A stretch of 64,000 nucleotides of DNA from Eledone cirrhosa (lineage: Eukaryota), in contig OZ024750.1 in NCBI GenBank assembly GCA_964016885.1, forward strand, positions 19,034,001 through 19,098,000, in the 5' to 3' direction. Below are positions 15,393 through 31,330 of the stretch, piece by piece. Below the pieces are notes generated by a model. That model saw nothing but the letters and a program-made list of their open reading frames with translations. It was not told where the DNA came from and searched no databases. The position numbers and the translations under genes were made by a program. The first letter of the stretch is position 1; every line of letters starts with the position of its first letter.

Positions 15393-15979
15393 GTATGTAT
15401 GAGTGTGTATACATGTATTTATATATATTTATATATATTTATATATATTTATATGTATTTATATGTATACAAAGGTCGATATAACACGCTTCCTTCCTTC
15501 CGCTGTTTTCTTATTCGTTTCTTTAACTATTTATTTGCCATGTCATGGTGCTGATGGTGTCGGCGTTGGTGGGGTTAAATGTCTTGAATATGGCAAAAAG
15601 AAAAAGAGATAGGCTTTGCCCTATCGTTTTTGCCCCCTACTCCTACTAAATAGAAAATACGAACCTTCATTAAAGATTGTTTTTTCTCTCTCTCCTGTCT
15701 TTTTATACCCTCCCCCTCTCTCTCTATATATATATGTATGTATATGTATATATGTATATATATATATATTTTTACACACGCACGCACACACACACACACA
15801 CATATATATATATTTACATATACACACACACAGATATATATATTCATATATATATATATATATATATATACATTAACAAACATAAATACGTGTATATATA
15901 CATATAAATATATATATATATACATATACATATACATATATATATATACATTTACAAACATAAATACGTGTATATATAC

Positions 15980-16035
<56 letters not shown>

Positions 16036-16071
16036 ATATACATTTACAAACATAAATACGTGTATATATAC

Positions 16072-16133
<62 letters not shown>

Positions 16134-16454
16134 ATATACATTTACAAACATAAATACGTGTATATATACATATAAATATATATATATATATATATACATA
16201 TACACATATATATATATATATATATGAATATATATACATATATATATATACATATAGATAAATGTGTGTATATATATATACATATATGTATTCATATATG
16301 TATGTATACATATACACACATACACATTCCTTTCTATATTTTTTATCTTCGTTTCGTTCGTGGGTGATCATCACAACCATCAATCTACATTATAAGAGAT
16401 TTGAAATAATAGTGAAAAAAATGAACACCACTAATCACATGACATATTTATTAC

Positions 16455-17000
16455 CATAATGATTATCATTATCACTATCATCATCATCATCATCATCAGC
16501 AGCAGCATTATCGTGATCGTCATCATCATCATCATCATCGTCATCATCATCGTGATCGTCATCATCATCGCTATCGATATCATCATCATCACCACCATCA
16601 TCATCATAATCATCATAATCATCATCATCACCACCACCATCATCAGCATCAGCATCATAACCATCATAATCGTCATCACCACCATCATCATCATCACCAT
16701 CACCATCATCATCATCATCACCATCACCATCATCATTATTATCATCGTCATCTTTATTGCCATTATCATCACCATCATAATCATCATCATCATAATCATC
16801 ATAATCATCATAATCATCATCACCATCACCATCATCATCATCATCATCACCACCATCATCATCATTATCATGAGCATCATTTCCATCATAATCATCATCA
16901 CCATGATTGTCATCAACATTATCATCATCATCATCATCATAATCATCAACATCCTCATAAACATCGTCGTCGCCGCCGCCGGCGCCGTCGTTGTCTTCAA
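16455..17000. repeat. Degenerate (ATC)n/(ACC)n trinucleotide tract
   Basis: Direct inspection. Confidence 0.9.
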
Positions 17001-17466
17001 CGCCGCCATTATCCTTATTAATAGTAATAAGTGACACTTATTATTAATAATACCATAATGCACTTTGCTATTCATGTTGTTGTTGTTGTTGTTGGACGTT
17101 TGTTATATTTCAGTATTATTGTGTGTGTGTTTGTTTTTTTTCTTTAAAATATCTTTTTTTCTGTGTTATCATTATGCACCCGAATAAACACATGATTTCC
17201 AAACACTGTATAATTATAGGAGAACGGGGAAAAAATAACAACAAAAAAACAATTAAAAAACCGACAAAAAATAAAACAAAAGGAAACAGAACCCCCCGCC
17301 CCCCAAAACAAAAACAAAAACAAGAACATAAACAAGAACAAAAACAAAAACAAGAACAAGAACAAAAACAAGAACAAAAAATACAAATTAAAAAAAGACA
17401 AAATCCTAAAATAAAGCGAAATACGCTAACCCTCACTCCCTCTCCTCTTCACGAAAAACCAACAAT

Positions 17467-17512
<46 letters not shown>

Positions 17513-17972
17513 AAAATAAAAATCAATAAAAATGAGGAGAGATATGAAGATATATCAATAATAATAATAATAATAATAATGATAATAGTAATAATATAAT
17601 AATAATAATAATAATAATAATATAAATAATAATAACAATAATCATAATAAAATGGTTTCATTTATTGGCCACTGAAATAATAATAATGAAATAATAATAA
17701 CAATAATAATAATAATAATAATAATAACAATAACAATAATAACAATGATAGAAATAATAAAAAAATATGTATAAAATAAAACCATTCTTTGAAGCGAAAT
17801 AAATATAAAGTTGGAAAATTCTTGAAGCGTTTCATAATTCCTGTATATAAGGGAAGAATTCGACATTGTTACATTGATAGTGTTATTTTCTGTCTTATAC
17901 TTTCGTCATGAAACATTTTTTTTTTCTTTCCATAATTATGTATTTCGTCTTAGGTTTTTTTAAATATATATT

Positions 17973-18975
17973 CGTACAAGCCAGCACATATGGTCTGCTG
18001 AGGCCGGTGTTGTTGTTGTTTTTTTTTTGGTAGTAGTGTGGCTACTGGTGGTGTTGTTGGAAGGGATAGGTTTGTGGTCAAGTAGTGTTTATATATATTG
18101 TACAAGCCAGCTGAAGCGAGTGTTGTTTTTTTGGTAGTAGTGGGGCTACTGGTGGTGTTGTTGGAAGGGATAGGTTTGTGGTCATGTAGTGTTTATATAT
18201 ATTGTACAAGCCAGCTGAGGCGAGTGTTGTTTTTTTGGTAGTAGTGTGGCTACTGGTGGTGTTGTTGGAAGGGATAGGTTTGTGGTCAAGTAGTGTTTAT
18301 ATATATTGTACAAGCCAGCTGAGGCGAGTGTTGTTGTTTTTTTGGTAGTAGTGTGGCTACTGGTGGTGGTGTTGTTGGAAGGGATAGGTTTGTGGTCATT
18401 TAGTGTTTATATATATTGTACAAGCCAGCTGAGGCGAGTGTTGTTTTTTTGGTAGTAGTGTGGCTACTGGTGGTGGTGTTGTTGGAAGGTATAGGTTTGT
18501 GGTCAAGTAGTGTTTATATATATTGTACAAGCCAGCTGAGGCGAGTGTTGTTGTTTTTTTGGTAGTAGTGTGGCTACTGGTGGTGGTGTTGTTGGAAGGG
18601 ATAGGTTTGTGGTCATTTAGTGTTTATATATATTGTACAAGCCAGCTGAGGCGAGTGTTGTTGTTTTTTTGGTAGTAGTGTGGCTACTGGTGGTGGTGTT
18701 GTTGGAAGGGATAGGTTTGTGGTCAAGTAGTGTTTATATATATTGTACAAGCCAGCTGAGGCGAGTGTTGTTGTTTTTTTGGTAGTAGTGTGGCTACTGG
18801 TGGCGGTGTTGTTGGAAGGTATGTTGTTTGTGGTTAAGTATTTGCCTGTGTTTATATATCCGTACAAGCCAGCACATATGGCCTGTTGAGGCAAGTGTTG
18901 TTTTTTTGGGGGGGGGGGGTAGTAGTGTGGCTGACGGTGATGTTGTTGGAAAGTATGGGTTTGTGGTCAAGTATT
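17973..18975. repeat. Minisatellite, ~105-110 bp unit, ~9 copies
   Basis: Unit tgtacaagccagctgaggcgagtgttg...ggaagggataggtttgtggtcaagtagtgtttatatatat recurs; edge copies diverged. Confidence 0.9.
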
Positions 18976-19589
18976 TGTAGTATTGATGGTTTTGACTGTT
19001 TTTATATATCCGTGCAATCCAGCAGTTGTTGGAGTTTCTTGTCTTCTGTTGTTGTTGATGATGATGTTGTTGTAGTGGTGTGGAGTAGTGGAGTAGTTGT
19101 TTGTTTGTTGATAGAGGGTGGGTGGTGGTGTTACTTTGTGTTTTCTTTTTTAGTTCTCTGGTTGGTTTCAGGTATTTTAGAACTGGTGATATATCTGATT
19201 GTGTATGCATGTGTGTATGTATGTATGTATGTATGTATGTATGTATGTATGTATGTATGTATGTATGTATGTATGTATGTATATTTGTATGTATGCATGT
19301 GTGTATGTATGTATGTATATTTGTATGTATGTATGTATGTATGTATGTATGTATGTATGTATGTATGTATGTATGTATATTTGTATGTATGCATGTATGT
19401 ATGTATAGGTGTGTATTTATGTAAGTGTGTGGTTTGCGTTTATGGATGTATGTACGCTTGTGTAATTTTTGTGATTATATATTTATGTGTATATGTGTGT
19501 TAATATATAAATTTATGTATGCATATATTTGTGTCTATATTTGTGTAAATATATATCTGCATACTAGTATGTGTGTGAATGTGTGTTCG

Positions 19590-19641
<52 letters not shown>

Positions 19642-19647
19642 AACATG

Positions 19648-19730
<83 letters not shown>

Positions 19731-19778
19731 ATGTACATACATACATATGTATATATATATATATATATATATGTATAT

Positions 19779-19816
<38 letters not shown>

Positions 19817-20031
19817 GCTATACACGTGCTATAAATGCACATCTTGATGTAAATCAAAAGTATCCCATATTTCTACAACAGAACAACAACAACAACAACA
19901 ACAACAATAACACTACCACCACCACCACCAACAACAACAACAATAACAACAGCAATGACAACAGCAATGCCAAAAAATAACAAACAACACAATCATCACT
20001 AGCATTACCCAAGCCATCATCAGAGAACCAG

Positions 20032-20075
<44 letters not shown>

Positions 20076-20397
20076 CAACAACACCACGAACAACAACAAT
20101 AGTACCAATAATATTTCCTATCACCAATAACAACAACAACAACAACAACAACTCGGACAACAATAACAAGAAGAAGAAGAAGATCATGCTCAGTGAGCGC
20201 ACCTTATCAGATATAATAACATCACGTGGTGTGAGAACATCTAGCAACGGAATAAATCATGCAGATTGTAAATATAAGATAACTTTCTTTTTTCTTCTGT
20301 TGGATGTAGTCTTCTTCCTTTTTATCGATATATATAATCTATATATGATACTCTCTCTCTCTCCCCCCTCTCTCTCTCTCTCTACGCGCACACACAC

Positions 20398-20440
<43 letters not shown>

Positions 20441-20546
20441 AACACATATACATACATCATAAAAATAATATATTCTCTCTCTCGTTCTCTCTTTGTTTCT
20501 CTGTCTCTACGTACACACACACACGCAGACACACACGCACACACAT

Positions 20547-20637
<91 letters not shown>

Positions 20638-20693
20638 AACACACATATAAATAGTATAATATACTCTCTTTCTACTCACACATACAAACACTT

Positions 20694-20725
<32 letters not shown>

Positions 20726-20796
20726 TTATATAGATTTTATAAATATCACACACATATATATTATATATACAGTATATACAATATATATATTATATG

Positions 20797-20846
<50 letters not shown>

Positions 20847-21315
20847 GATATATATAATATAAATATATAAGATATATATATAAATATATATATATATAAA
20901 TATAAATATATATATATAAATAAATAAATATATATATATATAAATTCACACACATACAATCTAATCGAGAGATTCAAAAGGATTATTAAAAAATGAACAA
21001 CATGATTTATTTAACGTTCTTCTGGTTTAGCATAGGAACCAAGCCCCCCCCCCCCCCACTAGGACTGCAATGTGATATCAATTCTTACCCTTATCCAAAT
21101 GTTGTGCTACAAGTTATCTAGACAGTCACTTTATCTTGTCTGTCAAATGTCGAATCATCCCGAATTTCAGAAAAGGTAATGGTAACGGTCTCTTTTTACA
21201 AGACATTCAAGCTGTATACTTCTGAGATAAAATATAGTAGCAGTATATAGCGGTTCTAATACCGATAAATAAAATACTACCAGTTCGTAGTAGTGGATTT
21301 ATGGAATTGCTGGAG

Positions 21316-21921
21316 AAGAGGTCGGAAATCCCCGGCCCGCCGGCCACATCCGGCCTGCCAAAGGTTTCAATCTTAGGCTAAGTGATCCCTGAAAAAGTAC
21401 TTTGAAATATTTTCCTTTAGAATACCGACTAAAGAACACGTCTAGTCACATAACTAACTCAGCTGAACGTAATTTTTTGAGTGACATTAACAAACAATCA
21501 AACTCAGACAGATATTATCTCATTAAACAATTTACTATTTCTGTCTGCATTTTATTTCTAGAAAGAAATGGCACAGTATCGGTGGAGGGTCGGACGCCAT
21601 GCTTTCCAGCATAGTTACGTCCTTTTACGGTTTGAATTCAAATCCCGTCGAGGTTAGCTTTGCCTTTCTTCCTTACGGGGGTCGATAAAATAAAGTACCA
21701 GTAATGTACTGGATAATTGCTGGCCTTGTGCCCAAAGTAGAAACAATTAGAGTAATATCACATAAAATTCCTTGTTCTTCTTTAAATCCTGGGATTAAGG
21801 TAGCCTTTTGGATAGAGCAGTCTGAGCTCGAGCAAATTTATTATATTTTGATATCATGGCCCGCCGACGAGACACTGCATAGCTATGGGGCCCGCACACC
21901 CCAACATGTTACCGACCCCTG
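21316..21921. mobile_element. hAT (Charlie-like) non-autonomous DNA transposon with nested SINE
   Basis: Degenerate TIRs aagaggtcggaaat / gttaccgacccctg and subterminal ggcccgc repeats. Confidence 0.6.
21568..21749 (+). mobile_element. SINE nested in hAT MITE
   Basis: Consensus match. Confidence 0.85.
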
Positions 21922-22399
21922 TGCTAAAGCTTTGAGTGAGACACCTTGCGATATTTGTCCCGGCCTTCTTCATGGGATAGCAGTATTTTGTATCCTTCGG
22001 GGTTTGATAACTACAGTACCACCAGTTTAGGGTTGTGGATAGGCGGAATTGTTTGAGTATTGAACAAGATGTCTTCCATTGTTTGTTCCGGCTGTGCATG
22101 TTCTGAGTTCAAATCTCCCTGTGACCTAGTTAACTTCGATTTTTATATCTTCGAGGTCAATTAATAAATTACCAATTCAGGGAGATGGGTTGACAGAATT
22201 ACTAGAGCGTTAGACGAGATACTTTGAGCTATTTTTATATTATAGTTAATTATAATGAAATAAAGATAAAAAATATCTTAAAAGTTTATTATTCATTTTT
22301 AATGATTAGATAAGGCGAGAAGGGCGATGCCAACACCCCTTTTCATGGCATAAGAAGGTGGGAAAAGGGAGACATAGATAGATAGAGATATTTAAATAG

Positions 22400-23272
22400 A
22401 TTGATAGATATCTTTCTTTATTTGCCACAAGGACGTACAAGAAATGGGACATTACAAGACGTGACGGCGGAGGTTTTACATAAAAATCGTATAACTTTAA
22501 CATTAATAAATAACAATAGAGAGAATATATTTCTTTATTTGCCACAAGAGCGCACAAGAAAAGGGGACAATACAAAGACATACCGGGGATTTTACATACA
22601 GTCGTGTAAAAATATAAAACCAAACAATTACAACAATCGAAATCCCCAATAGGGGGAAACGTTACTGCGGGGTTGTTTTACACCCCGTGGATAGAACAAC
22701 CCTCAACACCAGGAACACGTTTTGTAGGTGTTCCCGTCTTCCCTGAGTGAATGAGCCTTCTCACTAGATTTATAGATAGACAGACAGCTAGACAGAGATA
22801 TAGATATATTTCTTTATTAGCCACAGGGGCACAAAAGAAGGGGACAAATACAAAGGGGGAAGTTTACATACAATAAAAACGTGTAAAATGTTATCACAGA
22901 TGGAATTTAAAAAGTTAGTCGATTTTCCCCAATAGAGGGAGACAGTTTATATGGGTAACACATACCCCCGAAAAAAAATGTGCAACCCTCATCTCCAGGA
23001 GTACGAAGAGTTTGTACTCCCTTCCTCTCCTCCTCCTTTTCCTCAACCTACAGGCTGATATAGAGAGAAGGCCCATTCACTCGGGCCATTCTCGCCACTT
23101 TCACCCACCTTTCATAAAACTTGCTGGGGTACAGCACCTCTCTCTCCATCCTGATTCTTCTTCCAAAGTGGTATTTGAAAAAAAGAATCAGTTGTTGGCC
23201 GGAGAGAAAGGTGTCTGACCTCAGCGCTTTCAACCTTGTCCACCATACAACCTCTTTCACCATAGCTATCAC
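22400..23272 (-). mobile_element. Stack of three 5'-truncated Tx1-family 3' ends (~22405-22510, ~22525-22760, ~22805-23272) in (GATA)n
   Basis: Each ends (rc) in tgtggc[a/t]aataaagaaa plus a TATC-like tail; 23048-23272 encodes a close match to the ORF2 C-terminus (KEVVWWTRLK..RMEREVL..FYERWVKVARMARVNGPSL). Confidence 0.9.
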
Positions 23273-23951
23273 ACAAAGACAGAGATATAGAGAGATAGAT
23301 AGACAGACATATAGACATAGATTGATAGATAAATATATAGACAGAGATAGATAGATAGAGATAGACAGAGTTAAGTAGCGATAGATAGGCAGTATTTGAA
23401 CTCAGAGCACATACAGCCGGAAGAAATACAAGCGATGGACGAGATACCTTACCATATCTCGTCCACCGCTTTACAATCATAACCAATCCATTTCACATAA
23501 CTAGCATTTTATTTGTCGAGTATTTATCGATAAAAAACATAGTTAAAACTCGACAAGATTTGAACTCAGAATGCTGACATCCGGAACAATTAACAACACA
23601 GCCAATTCATTGTCTGCATACAGTCAGCTGTAAAAGTTTAGCATTAACATTTTACTAATACAAAAACAGAAGACGAAAATCAACAACAACGAAAAAAAAA
23701 AAAAACGCAAGTCATACAGATATGGTATACTCTAAGATGGCGGCGACATATCATTTTTAATTTCAACCTACCTTGAAAAATAATATGCAAATATTCCACT
23801 CAGTGAATATATCTGCTTGTTATTCCACATGAACGCAGCAGACAGCTTCAAATGTGTCATCATACTATAAATTCTCTTACTCGTTTACACACTTATTTAC
23901 ATTGACACTTATATACGTGATGCTTGTGTCTACTTGTATGTGTATGTGTCC

Positions 23952-24003
<52 letters not shown>

Positions 24004-24085
24004 GGACACATACACATACAAGTAGACACAAGCATCACGTATATAAGTGTCAATGTAAATAAGTGTGTATATATATATCTGCGTG

Positions 24086-24143
<58 letters not shown>

Positions 24144-24286
24144 TATGCGTATCTATGTGTCAGTATATATGTGTGCATATATGTATGCATGTATATGTAT
24201 GTATGTTCACAAATACGTATAAACAAATGCATATGTTTGAATATATATATATATATATAAGAAGTTTCATAAATATTTACATACTC

Positions 24287-24330
<44 letters not shown>

Positions 24331-24606
24331 GAAGTTTCATAAATATTTACATACTCATGTATATATAGTATATATATATATATATATGCATATGTGTATG
24401 TGAGTGCATGCATATATATATATATATATATGTGTGTGTGTCTATGTGTTTGAGTGCATGCATATATATATGCATATATATATGTGTATATATATGTATA
24501 TTTATATATGTACACATATATATACATATATATATATACATATATATATACATATATATATATATATATGAGTATATATATCTATATATATGTATATATA
24601 CATATG

Positions 24607-24640
<34 letters not shown>

Positions 24641-25005
24641 CATATATATATTTATGAAACTGCTTGTTAAAAGCCAGCATTTCTGGCAGGCTGGTTTAAA
24701 TGTGTCTAATGTTCTCTTTGACTTTAATTTTCTGTCTTTTTATCAAAATGTAGTGTATCTCCCCACCAGCCCTTCATCACCACACTCTTTCCCACCGTCT
24801 TCCCCCATTCTCACACTCTGTTTTTGTCTCCATGTCGTCCTGTATATCTGTCTACATGTCTTAATAATAACAGTTCAGATGTAATTTCACTGCTCACTAT
24901 TATAAACACCTATAATTTCAACTGCTTTACATATTTTTTCTTCCGTATGAGAACAAATGTTTTATTAATGGCTGCTCTGTAGAGTAGAAAACTGTTTGAG
25001 ATAAA

Positions 25006-25052
<47 letters not shown>

Positions 25053-25057
25053 GAGAA

Positions 25058-25090
<33 letters not shown>

Positions 25091-25377
25091 TAGATAGAGA
25101 GAGAGAGAGAGATAGATAGAGAGAGATAGAGAGAGGGAGAGAGAGAGAGGGAGAGAGAGAGAGAGGGTGAGGGAGAGAGAGAGGGAGAGATAGATATATA
25201 GATATATAGAGAGAGGGTGAGAGAGAGAGAGAGAGAGAGAAAGGAGATACAGAGGGAAAGAAAGGGAAACAGCGAGTGGTTGACTCAATACACACGTGCG
25301 TTTTCTCAAGAAATTTTTTCCGCTTCTTCCTCTTCTTACTCCCAATCATTCTATTTCATCTTTTATTTCTCATTCTA

Positions 25378-25413
25378 TCTTCTGACGAAAGACGAGCCTC
25401 CGAAACCTAAAGA
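25378..25413 (+). ncRNA. Degenerate hammerhead-like motif
   Basis: tctt-CTGACGA-...-c-GAAA-cc-TA/aaga; stems II and III poor. Confidence 0.35.
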
Positions 25414-25669
25414 CTCCTTCTATACTATATTAAGCGTTAAACTAGTACGTTTCTTCATTATATTTTGTTGCCTCCGTTTACTTTTTGCATAAATAAATAA
25501 ATAATATAATTTGATATGATAATATGTATATGTATATATATATATATAATATAGAAAAGGCGTCTACAGGACTAGAACTGATCCATTCGAGAGAAATCAT
25601 CATATTTATACTCTGCTTTGTATTGAGTACCTTACTTACTGTGGCTAGCCCCGATTGAACCCGGAATAA

Positions 25670-26040
25670 ACTTATATAGATGGTGGATGGGTGCTACACG
25701 AGAATGCTGAGGATGGCTCTGAACATTAATCAGTATACACTGAGGATGAAAAACTCAGAGCTGTATGGGAGCATCCCAAAAGTCAGCTCAAAAGTGACAC
25801 AGAGGAGACTGAGGTTAGCTGGACATGCTCACCGACATCCAGAGTTGACATTGCACTCAGTACTCCTTTGGGAGCCCCTACATGGACACACTAGAAGAGG
25901 AAGACCAAGGTTAACGTATGTTGATGCCCTAAGGACAGACACTGGTCTGTTGGAGATGCAGGACATGGCAGCGATAATGAGAGACAGAGACCGCTGGAGA
26001 GAACTCGTCCATGGATCTCGGGAATTTTACCCGCCTTAGA
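25670..26040 (+). mobile_element. RTE-clade LINE 3' fragment
   Basis: DGCYTRMLRMALNI..RRLRLAGH..LLWEP..RRGRP..TYVD..DRDRWR typical RTE C-terminus; ends in TA tract. Confidence 0.85.
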
Positions 26041-26048
26041 TATATATA

Positions 26049-26090
<42 letters not shown>

Positions 26091-26098
<8 letters not shown>

Positions 26099-26620
26099 TA
26101 AAAAAATAATGAATAAAACAATGAAACAGTTCCTTATATTAAACAAAAAAAGTTCATTATTTAACGATCGTTTCTAGGATATATATGTGTTAGAATTGGC
26201 ATGCATATTCAACAGATCTATGTACAAAATTATACAAAATTATACAAACTATCAAAATTAAATATACATACCTTATTTCTGAAGACGGCATATATATGTG
26301 TTGGTATGTATATTTAATTTTGATAGTTTGTATAATTTTGTATAATTTTGTACATAGATCTGTTGAATATGCATGCCAATTCTAACACATATATATCCTA
26401 GAAACGATCGTTAAATAATGAACTTTTTTTGTTTAATATAAGGAACTGTTTCATTGTTTTATTCATTATTTTTTAAATATTTTATCTTGACTCTGTATTC
26501 CGTTTATCTTTCACCGAAAGTGATTTTTCATTGCATCTCTTCTTTCCATGATATCCGGATTACATTGAGTTCTTCATACGGATTGGACACTACCGTAAAC
26601 TCTTGGTAGATTTATCTACA
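26091..26620. mobile_element. Fold-back PLE-type element (arms 26091-26272 / 26303-26484), TA-flanked
   Basis: ~180 bp near-perfect inverted repeat containing an HHR. Confidence 0.8.
26273..26418 (+). ncRNA. Type I hammerhead ribozyme with 115 nt stem II domain
   Basis: ttattt-CTGAAGA-cggcatatatatgtgtt...aacacatatatatccta-GAAA-c-gatc-g-TT/aaataa. Confidence 0.75.
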
Positions 26621-26659
26621 TATATATATATATATATATATTTATTAAAATAACAGATT

Positions 26660-26714
26660 AAAGTTTAAGCAAAGAATCGCTGCTTTCACCCTTAACGGGA
26701 TCTTCTGAAACTTT
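26660..26714 (-). ncRNA. Type I hammerhead-like ribozyme with CAGAAGA (U4A) core, family C
   Basis: rc: AAAGUUU-CAGAAGA-U-CCC-GUUAA-GGG-U-GAAA-GCA-(9 nt)-UGC-UU/AAACUUU; inverted partner at 26770-26819. Confidence 0.65.
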
Positions 26715-26731
26715 CTCTCTCTCTCCCTCAC

Positions 26732-26766
<35 letters not shown>

Positions 26767-26924
26767 TTCTTCAGAAGATCACGTTAAGGGTGAAAGCAGC
26801 GATTCTTTGCTTAAACTTTAATCTGTTATTTTAATAAATATTTGCTCTACGGTTCTTATATATTTGATATATATTTATCCTTATCGAGCCCTCTTTGGAT
26901 TTTAGTCTTCAAATTTATTATTAT

Positions 26925-28118
<1,194 letters not shown>

Positions 28119-29119
28119 CTGTATCTATCGTTCTTGTAGTATATGAATGGCCACTGCCTTCGGTAATTCATTTTTCTTGGTGTCACACCTTTTAACTGTT
28201 GTGTTTACTCTGAACGGTAATGTATTAACACAACCGCTCTATCAAGTGCTTTGTGATTACCTCAAACAGGTCGAGCAGTACCTGCTATATTGCAGCTACA
28301 ACTTCGATTCATACCTAATGTGATATATATATATATATATATTTATATAGCAACTTGAAATAGGAAGTATATCTCCTATCACAACGCTATGGTCCGTTTT
28401 TTAAAAAAATATTAAAACGCTGGACACATTGGATAACGTTGTCTTAAATACACCGTCTGAATAAAAGACAGGATGGCAATCACTGGAACTCCTTTGACCA
28501 AACGTCTGATCAATCATTGCTGAAATGGTGCTAAATAATATCAATAACAGTAATAATTTATCTGTCAGAAAATATGCAAATTTTTTTCTAAAGGGAATTT
28601 ACACTGAAATACGTAGTACATACATCATTTTATATGAAGAAGAAAAAAAAATATTGATTTATTTTTCATCTCAATATACAAAGAAAACTGATTGCTCCTG
28701 ACAGATGACACCTCTCATTTGCAGTGCCATCTTTCCATTCCATCATATAAAAAAATAACAAAACAATGACTGCAACATAAAAAAAAGAAATGTCTTGTGC
28801 GGAATAAAATTGATTTTAAATCGCGGAAGGAAAATTAAGAAATGCCATTGGCTACAATATTGTCATTATAGCATTCTAAGTTCAAATCCAGCCGAGTCCA
28901 ATTTTGTTTCTGCCTACCCGATTTAATTTAAAAGGCTTCGTTCGACCCAAGATTATAATAAATAAGACAATGGCCTAGGCACCATCAAATAGGATTGAAT
29001 CTAGAACCTCATGAATGTGAAGCAAACTTCTTAACTATACGGCCATACTGCGCCATGGCTGACTAATACTATGTTGCAGTATATATCCTTGTTTATATCT
29101 AATTCACTTTACATATGAC

Positions 29120-29430
29120 ATCACTCTCTTGTAACGCTAAACTCCGCCAGCTGCAGATTGCGCATTAACACGTGATATCTCTCTCCACAAAGTTCGATCA
29201 GCAGCAGCAGAGTTCAAAGAGCAAAGATCAAGTCCAGTCCATAAATTGACATTGTCAAGCCATAGTTTTGGCTGCTGGCCTCTGCTTCTCTTACCAGTCA
29301 ACCTTCCTTCCAGGCATAGCCTACTCACACCACGAGTTGATCTTTTTATATGGCTGTATAGTTTGAGTACTCTTGACTTGACAATTGATGTAATTGGTCT
29401 ATGTTTGGTAATCAATACTAGCTGGTAAAA
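29120..29430 (-). mobile_element. RTE-like LINE 3' fragment (same family at 61253-61390)
   Basis: LKLYSHIKRS..LEGRLTGKRSRGQQPKLWLDNV..WTGL..AADRTLWR. Confidence 0.8.
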
Positions 29431-29488
29431 CCATGAACACCACAACACGTTATCCTAGTTACACTAAAGTTCATTTCCTATATATTAC

Positions 29489-29575
<87 letters not shown>

Positions 29576-29690
29576 TTATTTCTGAAGACGTATGTATATT
29601 TTCTTACTTTGATAATTTGTAATATATTTTACATAGATCACTAATAGAATGAGCAAACGGAGAGCTACCTCCCAGAAACGATCGTAATAA
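29576..29690 (+). ncRNA. Degenerate long-stem-II hammerhead related to 26273-26418
   Basis: ttattt-CTGAAGA-cg...GAAA-c-gatc-g-TA/ataat; TA-flanked. Confidence 0.45.
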
Positions 29691-29746
29691 TGAGTTTTAC
29701 TATGAATTACCCGTATTTTGTTTAATTTCATTGTTTTTACTATTTG

Positions 29747-29807
<61 letters not shown>

Positions 29808-30325
29808 TATATATACATACATATATGCGTAAATATATATATATATACACGCACATACACACACATATATCAGACAAAAGAAGTGAGGGTGGGTTATCTT
29901 CTGGTCGCAGAAACTTGCTTTTTCATGTCCACTTTAGGCGCGAAAGCTTGTGACAGAAGTCACGCAAACCGACTGAAATATCTTTTGAATGTTACGAATT
30001 TACTGGCTTTTATAGGTTGTTAAAAGACTTGAATAATTCTTCATATAAGAGATTCCTATAGAAGTTTAAACAATAATATATTTATAATACATGCTTGAGC
30101 AAATGCTTTTAGTAGTAGTTGCGTGACTTTACAACGTTACTTACTCTGTTTGTGTTAAAGGGTAAGGGGAGGGTTAATGTGTAAACTTCAGCTAATGTGT
30201 ACAATGGAATGGGATGGATTTACGTCGGTTTCGACGATGACCGTTCCAATTGTTTGATCAACGGAACGGCGCACTTATGAAATCAACATGTAAGTAGCTG
30301 ATCACTCCATAGACATATGCACCTT

Positions 30326-30445
<120 letters not shown>

Positions 30446-30638
30446 GCTGATTGTTCCATACACATATGCAACTATATATATATATGTATACATATTATAA
30501 AGAAGTGAGATGGATTTAAATGTGCATCCTCTGTTTAGTAGCCCACTCCAGTAGTCATATGTCTACTGGAGTGGACTACTACCACAACGCTCTTAACTAC
30601 AGTAACATATCAAAAACAAAAACACTACAACGTTTCAT

Positions 30639-30707
30639 CTGTCTGAAGAGAACACGTGAAAGGGTCATTATGCTACAGCTCTGACGTCTTCGAAATACGT
30701 ATAACAG
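30639..30707 (+). ncRNA. Type I minimal hammerhead ribozyme
   Basis: ctgt-CTGAAGA-gaacacgt...acgtcttc-GAAA-t-acgt-a-TA/acag; inverted partial copy of the downstream flank at 30495-30536. Confidence 0.8.
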
Positions 30708-30761
30708 GATTATATAATAAACAGAGGATGTACATTTAAAACCGTCTCTCTTCTTTTTAAT

Positions 30762-30874
30762 ATTGTTTCTACTTTAGGCACAAGGCCAGCAATTACCCAG
30801 TGCGTTACTGGTACTTTATTTCATCGACCCCGTAAGGATGAAAGGCAAAGTCAACCTCGGCAGGATTTGAACTC
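30762..30874 (-). mobile_element. 5'-truncated SINE with TSD ctcttctttttaatattg
   Basis: Consensus match; direct repeat on both sides. Confidence 0.85.
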
Positions 30875-31041
30875 TTCTTTTTAATATTGACACTCCGGTT
30901 GATAGCTCATTGATAATACTTTAAGGAACACAAGTCGTAGAGTGCTTTACGTCAGTTTACGACCAAAGTTGGTGTATTATTTGATCAACCAACTTTTGTC
31001 CTTTGAATGGTACGCACACACACACACATACGCACACACAC

Positions 31042-31130
<89 letters not shown>

Positions 31131-31267
31131 CACACACACATATATATATATATACATTTATATACATATGTATATACATACATATATGCACACACACACA
31201 CATATATATACATATATATATATATATATACATACACACACACATATATATACATACATATATATGT

Positions 31268-31330
<63 letters not shown>

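Noticed and set aside
16431-17075. Asp-rich or Met-rich 200 aa ORFs
   Set aside because: Degenerate ATC repeat open in several frames; no splice or domain evidence
17973-18975. Regular repeat resembling a CRISPR or retrozyme array
   Set aside because: No unique spacers, no cas genes and no HHR core on either strand; ordinary minisatellite
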